A DNA stretch of 62,943 nucleotides, the filler included, from Octopus bimaculoides (lineage: Eukaryota), in NCBI RefSeq assembly GCF_001194135.2. It is 7 parts of 7 records of this genome, joined end to end, with 100 filler letters (N's around TTAATTAATTAA, not from the genome) between each part and the next. Parts side by side here need not be neighbours in the genome. Positions count along the whole stretch, not along the records: positions 30,522 to 42,237 come from NC_069004.1; positions 42,338 to 51,970 come from NC_068986.1; positions 52,071 to 58,962 come from NC_068983.1; 4 more parts are not named here. The stretch is one strand, 5' to 3'. The stretch's first letter is position 1; every line of letters begins with the position of its first letter. The notes below the pieces were generated by a model. The model worked only from the letters and a program-made list of their open reading frames with translations, was not told where the DNA came from and searched no databases. Shown here piece after piece: positions 39,441 to 53,557 of this stretch. A program made the position numbers and the translations under genes.

Positions 39441-40379
39441 TTTTATATATATACATATACGTGTATACAAACATGTGTGTAGGGACGTGTGAATAAGTGT
39501 GCTAGTAAATAAATATTTTTAAAGGATATATATATTATATATATGCATACACACACATATCTATAGATAGAGAGGGGAGAAGGAGAGAGGGGCGGAAAAG
39601 AGAGAGACAAAGACTGTTACATATATTTAAAGGAAATTTAATTGCGATTAAACGTAAGTTTATCGAATAAAAGTGTTACAGAAAACCACGACAATACAAA
39701 TTGGGTATAAATTGTAAATACTAACCGAATTAAAAACAACATCCTATCATTTTACCTTACAAATCCGTATAATTTCCATGTGTATATATACCTTATATGT
39801 TTCTCTATATCAGCTTTTGAATAGCTTTTTGAAGACAGACATAACAGAATGTGCTTGGCTATGATCTTAACATTTAGAAGAAGTTAAGGTAGTTTTTCTC
39901 AGTCTTCCGTTGGATAATTGGCCTGTTAGATAGGATACGCTCAACCCGTTCGTAGTGGAAAAGAAGCATTTAATTTATCAATTATATTTAATCTATTAAG
40001 ATATATTTCCAAATGCCTAGTGTTACTCTTCTGGCTTTCATGTTAGCTAACATCCTGGTTTCCAATATGTCTTCCACTGTTTTAACTCGATGTGTATATA
40101 CATGAATCTGCGAGGGACTTCCGTTGTAAAATATGCACATTTTTGAAACGTGCTCATATCATTAATACAGCCAACTGGCTGAATATTTTGCATGCCGGGA
40201 AAAAAATGCTTAGCAGCATTTGTTACGACTCTTTATTGAAATACTGCCGAGGCTAACTTTGGTTTTTATCCATTCGGAATCGATTGGAATGATATTCCAG
40301 TGAAATAATGAGATCGATGTTACCGACCTGCCCATCCTCTCGCAAAAAGAAACAAAACATGGCGGCATGCTGGCAGAAC

Positions 40380-40640
40380 TTATATCCATCCGCTCCGACT
40401 TCCTTTCTAGTTTCACCATTTTCCAGCTTGATCCCATGACTTTTACTGATTTTTCTCCCCTTTTGAGTATCATTACACCACATTTCCCGATCCCAAATTC
40501 CATGCCAATATCTTTGCTAATCATCTGAACAGTTGCCGTCAAACTCTCAATGTCTTTCTCAGTCTTAGCGAATAACTTTAGGTCATCCATAAACCACAGG
40601 TTGTTTAGTTTCACCCTGTCTAGCATGTACTCCGCACGCA
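40380..40640 (-). mobile_element. R4/Dong-type RT fragment
   Basis: KLNNLWFMDDLKLFAKTEKDIESLTATVQMISKDIGMEFGIGKCGVMILKRG. Confidence 0.88.
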
Positions 40641-42151
40641 TCTTTTTTAAAACGCTCGTTAATGACAGAATGCAGACAACAGAAATAGAGAGGCGACAGT
40701 CTGCCTCCTTGAAAGATTTCTCTTTTGATTTTTATTATTATTATTATTATTATCATTATTATTATTATTACTATTATTATTATTATTCAGCCGTCGAGCT
40801 GGTAGAATCGTTAGCACGAGAATGCTTAGTGGTATTTCCCCTGTTGTTACGTTCTGAGTTTGGCCGAGGTTGACTTTGCCTTTCATCGTTTCGGGGCCGA
40901 TAAATTAAGTACCAGTGACACACCGGGGTCGATATGATCGACTAGTTCTTCCCCCCGCCAAAAAAAAACAATCGCGTGCGCATAGTAGAAAGGATTATTA
41001 TTATTATCTTAGTTATTATTATTATTTGGAGTAGTAGTAGTAGGTGTTGTTGTTGTTGTTGTTGTTGTACAAGACCACGTAATTGGGAAAAAAAACTAAA
41101 GCTTCGAGAGTCACACTTCAGTTTTACAAATTAATAGCTTTTCAAATTTTCATTCACTTTTATTTTTCCTTTCTTCTTACCGCAAATAATTGTTGAAATG
41201 AAGATCTTAAACTACGATTACGAGAGTTAAACTATTGACATAGTTAGCTTTGATAACGTACAATAGTGACGTAAATTAAGTGTTAGTACTTTCGGGTTAT
41301 GTTGAAATGTGTACAGCTCTTATTTTTAGTAAATAGAAAATCTAAATTGACAAGAGGATATAATACATAATAATGTTAGATCTCCTATCTTCATTTCGTT
41401 TTCATATTTTATATATTTCTATTTTTAATTTTTACTGTTTTAATTATTTTTCTTTCTTTTAAATTTTTCCTTTGGTGGTGGTGGTGGTGGGGGGGATGAA
41501 ATTTAAATCGTTTTTCCTGTCTTCTATTTCAAAGAAATTTAATTGTGTGGTCTGATGTACGAAGATGGCATTTTAGAAAACAAACCAAAAAGAAAAAGTA
41601 AAAACCCGCCCCGCTCACAAAAAAATAGAAAAAGAAAAAACAATGAACTCGTTGTGGAATATTGACTCAACAAAATTTTCAACAAATCGTTCCATGGTTC
41701 CGAATCCCCTTTCTCTACAGAGTGGATTCGTGTTCGATCCATCTTCACGGCAAACACGGTTTTTCTTCTAATCTAGCCCCACGATGACAAAAAGCTTATA
41801 AGTAGTATATTACTAGGTGGAAAATGAACGGAAGCCTGCCGAACAGAGCGTTTCGCGCACAGGATAGTAGATCTAATTCATCACCCCATGGGTATGAGAC
41901 GATTTGACACAAAGGACTGAAACAAATAAAAGAAAAAAAATATATATATATATATAGATATTCTTTTCTACTCTAAGAACAAGAACCGACATTTTTGGAG
42001 AAGGTGTGCCAGTCGATTAGATCGACCCCAAAGCGCAAACAACAAAGGCAAAGTTGAACTTAAGGGAATTTGAACTCAGAACGTAAAGATAGACGCAATA
42101 CTGCTAAGCATTTCGCCCGGCGTGCTAACGTTTCTGCCAGCTTGCTGCCTT

Positions 42152-42237
42152 ATAGATAGATAGATAGATACATTTCTTTTATTAGCCACACAGGGCTCAA
42201 CGAAGATGGGACAAATACAATGTAGAGCTTTTCTTTT
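42152..42237 (-). mobile_element. Retroposon 3' end with AATAAA and (TATC)n tail; second copy at 58745-58962
   Basis: tttctttattagccacacagggctc follows (GATA)n at both sites; both run into stuffer gaps. Confidence 0.6.
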
Positions 42238-42759
42238 NNNNNNNNNNNNNNNNNNNNNNNNNNNNNNNNNNNNNNNNNNNNTTAATTAATTAANNNNNNN
42301 NNNNNNNNNNNNNNNNNNNNNNNNNNNNNNNNNNNNNATATATATATATATATATATATACATACGTATGTATGTATATATGTATACTAATTCCATGTGT
42401 ACATATGCATATATATGCACTTCTTTTTGTATCTATGTATATATGTTATATATATTACTTATATATATATTATATATACATATCTATATATATGTGTTTG
42501 TGTGCGCGTGTGTATATGACTGTGTGTGCGTGAGTATGTTTCATGATGAGTGCGTGTGTGTGTTTGTCATCGTGTGTATGTATTTATAGAAAAAACTTAC
42601 AGATATCTACTTGTAAATACATACATATATACACCTATTTAATCTTTGACTATGTATATGTTATACGCACACGCATACATACACATGCACACAAGCACCC
42701 ACACACATATTTATATTTACATATATAAAACAGTCATTCGACTTTTATATGTGTCTTAT

Positions 42760-43410
42760 CTTGAAAGTGTCTACCCTGCTATGACACCGCCAGTATCAAT
42801 AATTTTTCACTGACCATTCCCATCATTGGCTATTGCTGAATCAGGGGACCTTGATATTGTTGCCCCAGTTTTGACTGGATCCCAAAATTTGGTCTCAGGT
42901 GCTCCCAAAATTTGGTCTCGTGTAGCACCGCTGAATTGCCTCGACTTCTACCAAATTAGCAATGTGTGGTGGCCAAAGTTGGTAGGAATAGTTCAGAAGA
43001 TTCAGGACAAATTGTCTTCCATAGATCAACGTAGTTTTATGGTCATTTGTTCTGAAACGTATTAGAAACCATATGCTCCTTCGCCTGTCCATTGCCACAA
43101 GTTTGGTCATATTTGTATGAAATTATGCATCGTGGCACATATTAATACCAAGACAGCGTTCTGTGTTTGAATTGGTGATTGCAGCCTCTCCTTTGCTGCT
43201 GCGGTCCGCTGGCAGAAGTTGGCTGACAGCGCAGAACTTGAAAGTGAATGTTGTTTTCTTCAGCCCATTCACATATGGTATCTAGGTGTTCAGCGAATCA
43301 TTAGCATTCGGTGGGATTCTTGTGGCTCCCTGTGTAAGTGAAGGCATATCTGTGTAGGCCACAATACACAACAGCAGCCCCAAGACATTTCCCTAAGGTA
43401 CCCCACTAAC
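42760..43410 (-). mobile_element. CR1-group LINE RT/C-terminal fragment
   Basis: GVP*GNVLG..., RRSIWFLIRFRT..., LNYSYQLWPPH..LVEVEAIQR; parallels 9790-10350. Confidence 0.8.
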
Positions 43411-43637
43411 TTGTCAATGCCTCCGTTGCAGAAACACCATTAATCGCTACAGACTCGCTTTCCTTTAAAAAGGCATATAAGCACTCTCCTCTCGTTTCTA
43501 TCCACTCCCTTTCGTGGCAGACTGGTACTTCATACAAACAAACATGCGTACATGCATACACCAATAGACATACAAACAGACACAGGGACACACATAGATA
43601 AGCATGCACAGACGTATACACACATATATACATATGC

Positions 43638-43683
<46 letters not shown>

Positions 43684-43995
43684 NNNNNNNNNNNNNNNNN
43701 NNNNNNNNNNNNNNNNNNNNNNNNNNNNNNNNNNNNNNNNNNNNNNNNNNNNNNNNNNNNNNNNNNNNNNNNNNNNNNNNNNNNNNNNNNNNNNNNNNNN
43801 NNNNNNNNNNNNNNNNNNNNNNNNNNNNNNNNNNNNNNNNNNNNNNNNNNNNNNNNNNNNNNNNNNNNNNNNNNNNNNNNNNNNNNNNNNNNNNNNNNNN
43901 NNNNNNNNNNNNNNNNNNNNNNNNNNNNNNNNNNNNNNNNNNNNNNNNNNNNNNNNNNNNNNNNNNNNNNNNNNNNNNNNNNNNNNNNNNNNNNN

Positions 43996-44027
<32 letters not shown>

Positions 44028-44042
44028 TACATATATACTCAG

Positions 44043-44076
<34 letters not shown>

Positions 44077-45024
44077 ATCTATTTGTCTATCTTTCTTTCT
44101 ATCTAGTAATAGATGTTGACTGATTTTCCGTGAATGTCTGTGCCTGATGAAGGTGCGTACGCAGATATTGCTGATTTACTTTCACTCTCTTCCTGCAAAT
44201 ATTAACACGGGTATCATTTTCTAAAAAACATTAAATAACCCTCCGTCACTTTGGCCGCCTGTTTTTAATATGCTTCCTTGTCCATATGCTAGAAAATTCT
44301 TTACTTTAATACTTCAACAGCGTCTATTTGCTAAGCTTGTTCGAGCGATAGTTAATACGAATTAAGTTTCCTGGTTTTACTTATTACGTACAACGGTTGC
44401 CAAACGCCAGTGTTGCTCGAAGTTTGGACAAAGTATATTAATTGCAATCGACTGAAAATTTTGATAGAACGATGGTCACAATGAATTCCTTATGGTAGTT
44501 TGTCTGGTTGCGTGTAGCAGTTGCTTGGTAGATTCGAATAGAGTGACGAGATCAGGTACTTAATAAAGCGATAGGTATTTTACAGATATTGATTTCCTTT
44601 GGGGCAGTTGGGGCAGTTGGGGGTGTAATTGCGGTTGAATGATATTTACGGTAGTGGAGGGTTTGCATCGATGTGACAGAGGACAAGATATATTCCAAGC
44701 GGTGGGGGTGGCTCTTTGTAGCATTCAGCAACATGAATTGTTTGCGATTCGTTAGTATATTTTTGGAACGCTGAAATAAAAGGATCATAGGACGATGGAT
44801 GCGTAGGTGACATGCATGGATGGTACGGGATTTGGCGTGTTTCATTGAAGAATAGTGAGAGAACAGAATGGAAGTGGATTGACGTGATTCGTAGGGACGT
44901 GGACAGAAGTAAGTTTTGGGGTGGATTGAAATGTTTCAAACAACGAAGGTGAGGAGAAAGTGACGGGGTTTGATTAGTGGTATTAGTGAAGAAGTGGGAT
45001 ATAAAATCCTTTAAATGCATTCAT

Positions 45025-45365
45025 ATCGGTGCTGACGTGGCTCTGTGGTAAGAAATACGTTTGCCAATCACACGGTTCCGTGTTCAATCACACTGCATGA
45101 CACCTTGGGCATGCGTCATCTACAATAGCCTCGGGTTGACGAAAGCCTTACAAGCGGATATGATGGATGGAAATTGATAGATACCGATCGTATTTATGTG
45201 TGGCGTGTGTGCGTGAGTGTATCTGTATTGGTCTGTGTGTGTTTGTCCGCCGTCCCCCCACCATCTCACTGCTTTACAGTGAATGGAAAACGAGAACTGG
45301 GGCGGATTCCTTCGACAAAGATACTTTAGCATGGCCGCAGACTAATAACTGAACAAAGTAAAAGA
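45025..45365 (+). mobile_element. SINE family B, near full length and diverged; other pieces at 41760-41935, 47536-47652, 52908-53060
   Basis: tRNA head (gtggctctgtggtaag...gttcaatc), gacaccttgggca core, TG tract, tail gcatggccgcag...aagtaaaagag. Confidence 0.75.
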
Positions 45366-46582
45366 GTTCAACTTCCACCATCATTAATCGAGTTTGGCAC
45401 CACGGTTCCGGAGATGGGGATAATCAAACTGACCTTCAAAGTAGAATCTGCCCTCATTAATTTATTCCCATGTACAGGATAGAATAGACCCACATATGTT
45501 CCTCCAAAGGACCCCTCTGATCGATCAGCGCTCACCAGACGATAGACACCAGTGTTCTTGTTTTGTGCTTTGACCGTAAAGATACGGAAAAGTAATCAGT
45601 AACATAAAAGTTGACATTCAACACAAGTTAGGTCTATGGTCGGCCAGTCCAAAATTTACTTTGTTCTTTTCGTTTGCAATTTTTCTTCTTTTGCAGGTCC
45701 ACATTCCATCGCCAGTTTCTTGATGTGAGTTCATAATATTACTCATTTTTACCAGCTGTAGGGACACGAATAACGTGATAGGAAGTGTTTTTTTTTTCTC
45801 AAGAACACAGCACATCCACAATGCATATCCCGATCCAAGAATCGAAAACACAACCTTATGATCTTAAGTACAACACCCAAACTGCAAAGTCACACGCCTC
45901 CACGAAATGACAAACGTCAAATAAAAAAAAAGAGCAGTCAGAAATGTGTACATGCCAGCACACACGCGAACACACAATTACTCACACACATAGTTACACA
46001 CACAGAGATAATAGTTAAGTTTCTCAATATAACATTGAATAAGAATACATTAGAGAAAGAAGGTTAAGTGATCAAAAAATTACTTTATTTAACCACTTTT
46101 ATCGGTATATATATTTATCGACATTTCTCGATTTGATTTCAAACTAATTTCATAAAATCTGAAGAGGAAATGATGCCATTATAAACCATGGATCGAGATT
46201 TCAGCACAATTAGTTTCCATTTAATTTTCGAAGTAAGAGAACAATGCCTGAAATCTTAGGCAGACGGTTAATATAAGAACAAAAATACCAAAGGAAACAA
46301 CAATAAGAAAAAGAAAAGAGCCATCTTATGAAAAACCAAAATTCTTTCTCTTTTAGTAATGAGTAATAATAAAATATATATAAAAGACAATCCTCAGGAG
46401 GAAATTTTAGTGATTGGAGAGGAAACAGGATGATTCACTTTGACCGGTTGTTTTAGGCAACAGTTGAAATTCAATTCGAATATATGGTCCGATATTATAT
46501 CTCCGACACAATATATACAAGGATACATTATGTTATAGTGTGTAAATCGTACAGATATATATATATATATANNNNNNNNNNT

Positions 46583-47535
46583 ATATACCGGGTTATTAAA
46601 AAGTCTTTCCCTGAGTATAAAACCTTTATTGAAAAACAACGTTTCAAGATGCAAAATCAGTTTTTGGTACACTTATCGCATCTGCCTAGAAGCTTTTATT
46701 CACATAAAATAAAATTCAGTAAGCTCCAAAATTGGCACCATTTTAGGGCTCAGAGCATATCTAACCGATATTCAATTTCATGCCATGTGTACTGAAACAT
46801 GTCTGTCGTTACTGATGAGATTGCTTCAGCAATTCTGGCCTTTAGAGACTGAATATCGTGAATTGGTGTACTGTACACTTTGTCCTTCAGATTTCCCCCA
46901 AAAAAGAAGTCTAGCGGGTTAATGTCAGGTGAATGTGGAGGCTATGGTTTTGGCCTACCTCTCCCAATGCACCTATTTGGAAAGGTTTATTCAAAAATTG
47001 ATGGACACATAAGCCCCAGTGCAGAGGAGCATATTCTTGTTGGAACATTTTGAATAGCTGAAATTTGTCCAGCTGGGATACAGCATAATGTTCCAGCATG
47101 TGCAGGTAAACGTTTACTGAAATGGGGGACTCAACAAAAAAGGAATGTCCAATGACCCTGTCATGCATTAGGCAGCAACAAACATTCGCCTTACATCTAT
47201 CTTGTCTCTTTTGTGCAATACAACGTGTGGGTCCTCCGATCACCATATCCTTACACTGCTATATGAAAAGTTTGCCTCATAAGAAAACGCAGCACTTTTA
47301 AGATAGTCATTCGTATTGATCCTCCTTAAAATTTCTTCAGCAACCGTTTGGTTGCAAAGTCTGAACGATTTGCACTTTGTATGCGCGAGGTTTCAGGCGT
47401 TTGTGCAAAATTTTGAAAATGGTTGGCTGTGGAACTTCTAGTTCTCCTGAAGCTCTGCAAATTGATTTTCCAGGGCCACTTTGAAAAGAAGTTCGCACCA
47501 CATCAACAATATATGCCTGTTCTTTTGAGGTCACC
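46583..47535 (-). mobile_element. DD41D (rosa/VS-type) IS630-Tc1-mariner transposon, 5' end replaced by a SINE
   Basis: KSICRASGELEVPQPTIFKILHKRL...; ANVCCCLMHDRVIG.FF; FQQE(D)-(41 aa allowing one frameshift)-PDINPLDFF; LKARI.EAI...EIEYRLD; TA/ccgggttatt end. Confidence 0.88.
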
Positions 47536-48894
47536 AACGCCCCCCCCCATCGCCGCTTGACAACCAGTATTGGTACGTTTACGTATACGGTAACATAACG
47601 GTTCGGCAAAAGACTGCGATAGAATAGGTCCTGCGGTCTATTTGTTCGACTAAAATGATATATATATATGTATACGTATATTTATTTATGTATATNNNNN
47701 NNNNNNNNNNNNNNNNNNNNNNNNNNNNNNNNNNNNNNNNNNNNNNNNNNNNNNNNNNNNNNNNNNNNNNNNNNNNNNNNNNNNNNNNNNNNNNNNNNNN
47801 NNNNNNNNNNNNNNNNNNNNNNNNNNNNNNNNNNNNNNNNNNNNNNNNNNNNNNNNNNNATATGTTTGTATGTATGTGTATATATATATATATGTATTAT
47901 GTAACTGCATCTGGTGATGTGGATCTCGTTTAGGATTTGAAGGGTTTTGATGAGTGTAGAATCACTTCCAAAACACTATTGTTCCTTGATCTACTCAGAC
48001 CCGGATTTGTAGCCCCTTACGGGGTCCCAGCTCTGGGTTAATTAGCATATTAGATGACGATCGCTCTAAGCGCAGAGAGACGCTGTGGTACATTTGGTTG
48101 GTGTCAGTGTGAGCAGTAAAAGCATGAGGAGTGAGGAAGCGCTAACAACAGATCTTTAGGGGTGGGACACTCAAATGTAAGACCTGCTGTTTCGCAAATT
48201 ACTGGTCGCCTCACTTCGGGCTGTCAGGACGTACTAATCATGTAGATACGTAGAATGGGACCTGTGTTGTAAAAAAGTTTATCACTATAATCCAGGGACT
48301 TACAGATGTGATTTATGTTGACCTCATTTGGCCTTGTATCAACGGGAAGTCCTATAACGAGGGAAAAGTTGAAACGTGTATTGATCCAAGCAGATGCAAG
48401 CGAACAGAAAGTAACATCGCTCGCTTATCACCTCTGCATCAAACCATGCGGATATGCAGCAGGAGGGCAATAGCAATCGGTGAGGTCATGGATGGAAAAT
48501 AAGTAATGCCATTTACACCGACGAAGCACCAGGTGACGGCAAACATCTATGAAGATCGAGTCATCATCATTTATGGATGTAGGAGAAATTACGATAAAAA
48601 TAAAATTATATGATGTGGTGTTCCTTTGTTCGTTTCACCATTGAAATATATATGTGTATGTGTACGTAGACATATAGGCATATATATCCTCTAACTTCGT
48701 TCACGGGAAACGGTATGAATATGCAAATGAAAGCTCTTATAGTATCATGCCGGTTAGAGCCTAATGATGCTAACCGGTGATGCCTGATATTTGGAACTGC
48801 ACCGAGCTGTGCTGATATAAATTAGGAAACGCGGCTATCGATGTATTAAAATATTTATAAATTCCATCCAAAGATTGTCATTGTCATTATAATA

Positions 48895-48941
<47 letters not shown>

Positions 48942-49557
48942 GCACGCACGCACACATTCACACACATATATATGTATGCAATATGCATATATAGATATTA
49001 ATTATTTTAGTACGTACGTACATATATATATATATATANNNNNNNNNNNNNNNNNNNNNNNNNNNNNNNNNNNNNNNNNNNNNNNNNNNNNNNNNNNNNN
49101 NNNNNNNNNNNNNNNNNNNNNNNNNNNNNNNNNNNNNNNNNNNNNNNNNNNNNNNNNNNNNNNNNNNNNNNNNNNNNNNNNNNNNNNNNNNNNNNNNNNN
49201 NNNNNNNNNNNNNNNNNNNNNNNNNNNNNNNNNNNNNNNNNNNNNNNNNNNNNNNNNNNNNNNNNNNNNNNNNNNNNNNNNNNNNNNNNNNNNNNNNNNN
49301 NNNNNNNNNNNNNNNNNNNNNNNNNNNNNNNNNNNNNNNNNNNNNNNNNNNNNNNNNNNNNNNNNNNNNNNNNNNNNNNNNNNNNNNNNNNNNNNNNNNN
49401 NNNNNNNNNNNNNNNNNNNNNNNNNNNNNNNNNNNNNNNNNNNNNNNNNNNNNNNNNNNNNNNNNNNNNNNNNNNNNNNNNNNNNNNNNNNNNNNNNNNN
49501 NNNNNNNNNNNNNNNNNNNNNNNNNNNNNNNNNNNNNNNNNNNNNNNNNNNNNNNNN

Positions 49558-49602
<45 letters not shown>

Positions 49603-49963
49603 ATGCTTATATATGTTCAATACACATATTTGGCTCGCAATTTCAGACGAAATAAAATCTCTTGCATCATTGAATACATTACTAAATTCCCGATAGATTT
49701 AAATGTCCACCATTTTTGTAATTGAATTATCTCCCATAGTTTACCTCTCCTTTGAATTAACGCGGATATATTGAAGACACGCACAACCTGTAATAGTGAA
49801 ATGTGCCTCTGATGAAATAGTAGGAAACGGGAAAAGACGTATTAGAAGAAGGTAGCTAAATTAAAAATATGTCAGAAATAATGGCAGACTGAAACTAACT
49901 GAACAGTTTTCTTCAGTGGTTTGTTTGATCTTGAGTAACTTAGGGTTGAACGCCAAGAACAAA

Positions 49964-50001
<38 letters not shown>

Positions 50002-50903
50002 TACATTCACACCCGCAAACACACACGCCTACGCACAAAGTTACAAACAAATAAACGTGTATAGCAGTACAAACACCCGTAGAGTAATATACGAGCCTCG
50101 GTTTAATAAGTCTTAAAACTTTTCATAGAGATGTATATAGCTATAAAGTTCCATTGATTGCTATTTTTGCACATGAATCTAATCACCAAATAAAACAAAA
50201 GTCATAATCGAAACATAAATGTCACAAGCATTATTGCAAACACTATAAAATGATTAANNNNNNNNNNNNNNNNNNNNNNNNNNNNNNNNNNNNNNNNNNN
50301 NNNNNNNNNNNNNNNNNNNNNNNNNNNNNNNNNNNNNNNNNNNNNNNNNNNNNNNNNNNNNNNNNNNNNNNNNNNNNNNNNNNNNNNNNNNNNNNNNNNN
50401 NNNNNNNNNNNNNNNNNNNNNNNNNNNNNNNNNNNNNNNNNNNNNNNNNNNNNNNNNNNNNNNNNNNNNNNNNNNNNNNNNNNNNNNNNNNNNNNNNNNN
50501 NNNNNNNNNNNNNNNNNNNNNNNNNNNNNNNNNNNNNNNNNNNNNNNNNNNNNNNNNNNNNNNNNNNNNNNNNNNNNNNNNNNNNNNNNNNNNNNNNNNN
50601 NNNNNNNNNNNNNNNNNNNNNNNNNNNNNNNNNNNNNNNNNNNNNNNNNNNNNNNNNNNNNNNNNNNNNNNNNNNTATATATATAACTACATATGTCTGT
50701 GTGTATGTATATATATATATGGTAGTATACATGTATGCATACGTATATTGTAGCTCCTCATCTATTTGTATCCTGTTGGCACTATGCAGGTTTATCTTAG
50801 CAAAGATTTTTTAAAGAAATTTGAATGGCAAACATCAGCTATTTAAATAAGTTTGAATCATTGATAGAATTTGTTAAATTTAAAAGTAGATAGTAAACAC
50901 GCG

Positions 50904-50948
<45 letters not shown>

Positions 50949-51033
50949 CCATGTGTATATATACACATGCGTTTCCGTGTGGGTATGAATGTATGTGAAT
51001 GTCCTTGTAGAGAGATATACATCTTTGCATCAT

Positions 51034-51078
<45 letters not shown>

Positions 51079-51179
51079 GGAAATACATACATACATGCAT
51101 ACATACATAAATTATAAGCATTTCGTATGTTATATAAGAGGTTGCAATGTTGCAAAGCTGAATAGAAGGCGCAAAGAGT

Positions 51180-51425
51180 AAGCCAACAAAGATTATGCAA
51201 CTGTAGAATCCGCGTGTACTGTCCATAAATCGGTAACTATTTGGGAATGTTGATAGTACAAAACGCAAAGATTGGATAAGAAAAGCAGTGATGAACCAAC
51301 GACATATATTAGGGCAATGGAACTTACAATCAAGATCCGTTGTTAAAAACATAAACATAAATTTTTCAGCCCTGATAGAAAATGTGCTACAGAATTATCG
51401 AAGTTTATATGGTTCTTGCGTGAGA
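51180..51425 (+). mobile_element. Penelope-like GIY-YIG remnant
   Basis: CNCRIRVYCP*IGNYL (CNCR..CPL.G.CL), TYIRAMELT, KCATELSKFIWFL across frameshifts. Confidence 0.8.
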
Positions 51426-51914
51426 CATGTCCTCATAAATTCCAAAGTAACTGGTCAAGTTTAGATAGAGAGAGAGAGAGAGAGATATACATATAAGCAT
51501 TCTGGGTACATAAAAATTGCACACACCTCATACATACACATTGTTCATTAAAGCATAATTTAAAATTATTACTCAAAAGAACTACTTTGGAATATTACTT
51601 AAGAAGCAACGCAATTTCCTGACCTCGATTGTATAGAGTTTATGACGGGTATAGTAACGTTTGCAAGCGAAATGAAATCAAAATGAAATCAAAAGCGTGC
51701 GCTCCAAGCAGCCATATTCACTCGTGTCCTTCACAAAGGGATTCTGAACATCAGAACATAAAACTAAATATTTGAAGCATCTATTTCATATTTCAAAAAA
51801 AAATTTCGGGCGCTTTATGTGCAAAAGAAAATCAGGCTCGCTTTTCGGATGAAAATCGGAAATGAACAACTCTGGAGATCGGTGTCTTTCAGTTAATATT
51901 TATTTAATACTAAA

Positions 51915-51970
<56 letters not shown>

Positions 51971-52070
51971 NNNNNNNNNNNNNNNNNNNNNNNNNNNNNN
52001 NNNNNNNNNNNNNNTTAATTAATTAANNNNNNNNNNNNNNNNNNNNNNNNNNNNNNNNNNNNNNNNNNNN

Positions 52071-52161
<91 letters not shown>

Positions 52162-53072
52162 ATGTACATATGTATGTATGTTTGTGTGTGGGTGTGCGGA
52201 TGTAACTATGCGTGCACGTGAAAGGGAGGAGGATGGATAGCCTCAAGATTCAGCAGAATAAATATAATAGTTTATTTAACGCTTTTAAAAAATGAATATT
52301 TGCCCAGATGGATTCCCAAAATTATTTTTTGATTAAGCAGGTCATATGGTTTGCTTTAACTTTTTATGATCTTTTATATGTATATTTTATCGACCTTTGG
52401 GGAACTGAAACGCAAAATCGATCTCACAGACAACGATTCAGACGTGCGAGGTTCTGAACTTGTTTCAATTTTCGTAGTTGCAGTTAATTTAATATTAACA
52501 TATTTGATAATGTTGTCATCTGAATTGCTGATTCTTTTAAGAGTTCCAATTTCCTACACCACTCAGCTCTGATATATTTACTTTGTGACTTTTTCATCAC
52601 GTAATTTGTCAAGTGATGAGCCTAATAGCCGGAGACAAAACTAATTTAAAACATTAAGTAAAACATGTGACCATTGTATGCATGTTATGCACGTATACAT
52701 ACATATATATATGTATACACACACACACTCATTAATGAAAAGCGAAACATTCTGAAAATGAAACCGCTACGTGTGTGAAAATGCACGCGCATATCTATAT
52801 AAAAGTACTTTCACAGTTTATTTATATGCTTTATTAGAGAATATAAACGAAGAATGTGTTTAAACTTGGCTCTCATTCCCATACTGTCTTATTTTTATAG
52901 ATGTAGACGCAGGAATTTATATGTGGTTAAGATGATCATTTTGCAACCAGATATTTTCGGGTTCAGTCCTATTGCACGGGAAATGTCTTCTAAAATAGCC
53001 CGGGCCGGCCAATGTATCCTGAGTGAATTTGGCAGACACGCAAACTCGGTGAAATCTAGTCGCGCGCGCGCA

Positions 53073-53123
<51 letters not shown>

Positions 53124-53427
53124 GCAAAATAAAAATGAGTAACAATACATGTCTGATTAGCTCAAGAGCGGATTCTTCACCCAGCTAGGTCTAATTGTTT
53201 ACATACACTGCAAGAATATCATTCGCCCGGTACTTATGTACCAAGTTTGATATTTACTCAATATTGTTGTGCGTGTATATTATTCCAACCTAATGAGGTG
53301 CCTCCAAAAAGTAAAAATTCAATTGTCGTTAATTGTGACTGAGGGTGCTGGATAGCTCTTATATTGCTAGAAATAACAGTTAAAATCTTTAGAGCTGAAA
53401 GGGAGCACATTTTCATTTACTGACAGG

Positions 53428-53557
53428 CTAAATCCAGACTGTTAGTATATATATTTACCATATAAATTTGACTGATTTAGCGAAATGCTTACGAGAAAAT
53501 TACAAAATAATGAAGGCATCTATAGGCAATATAAAACTGACAGCCTGGATTTAGCCA
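53428..53557. repeat. 21-bp inverted repeat (MITE-like)
   Basis: ggctaaatccagactgttagt vs actgacagcctggatttagcc (19/21). Confidence 0.6.

Noticed and set aside
44550-45020. Two overlapping minus ORFs (97 and 124 aa)
   Set aside because: No recognisable motif; composition suggests a decayed retroelement but the family cannot be supported.
48300-48570. Possible Tc1 remnant (W...IYTDE...DG)
   Set aside because: Only one loose motif across frameshifts; insufficient evidence.
49805-49832. CTGATGA...GAAAC hammerhead-like spacing
   Set aside because: The intervening AATAGTAG cannot form stem II, and there is no stem I or III.
52605-52635. GTGATGAGCCTAATAGCCGG resembling an HHR
   Set aside because: C3 and GAAA missing; stem II mismatched.
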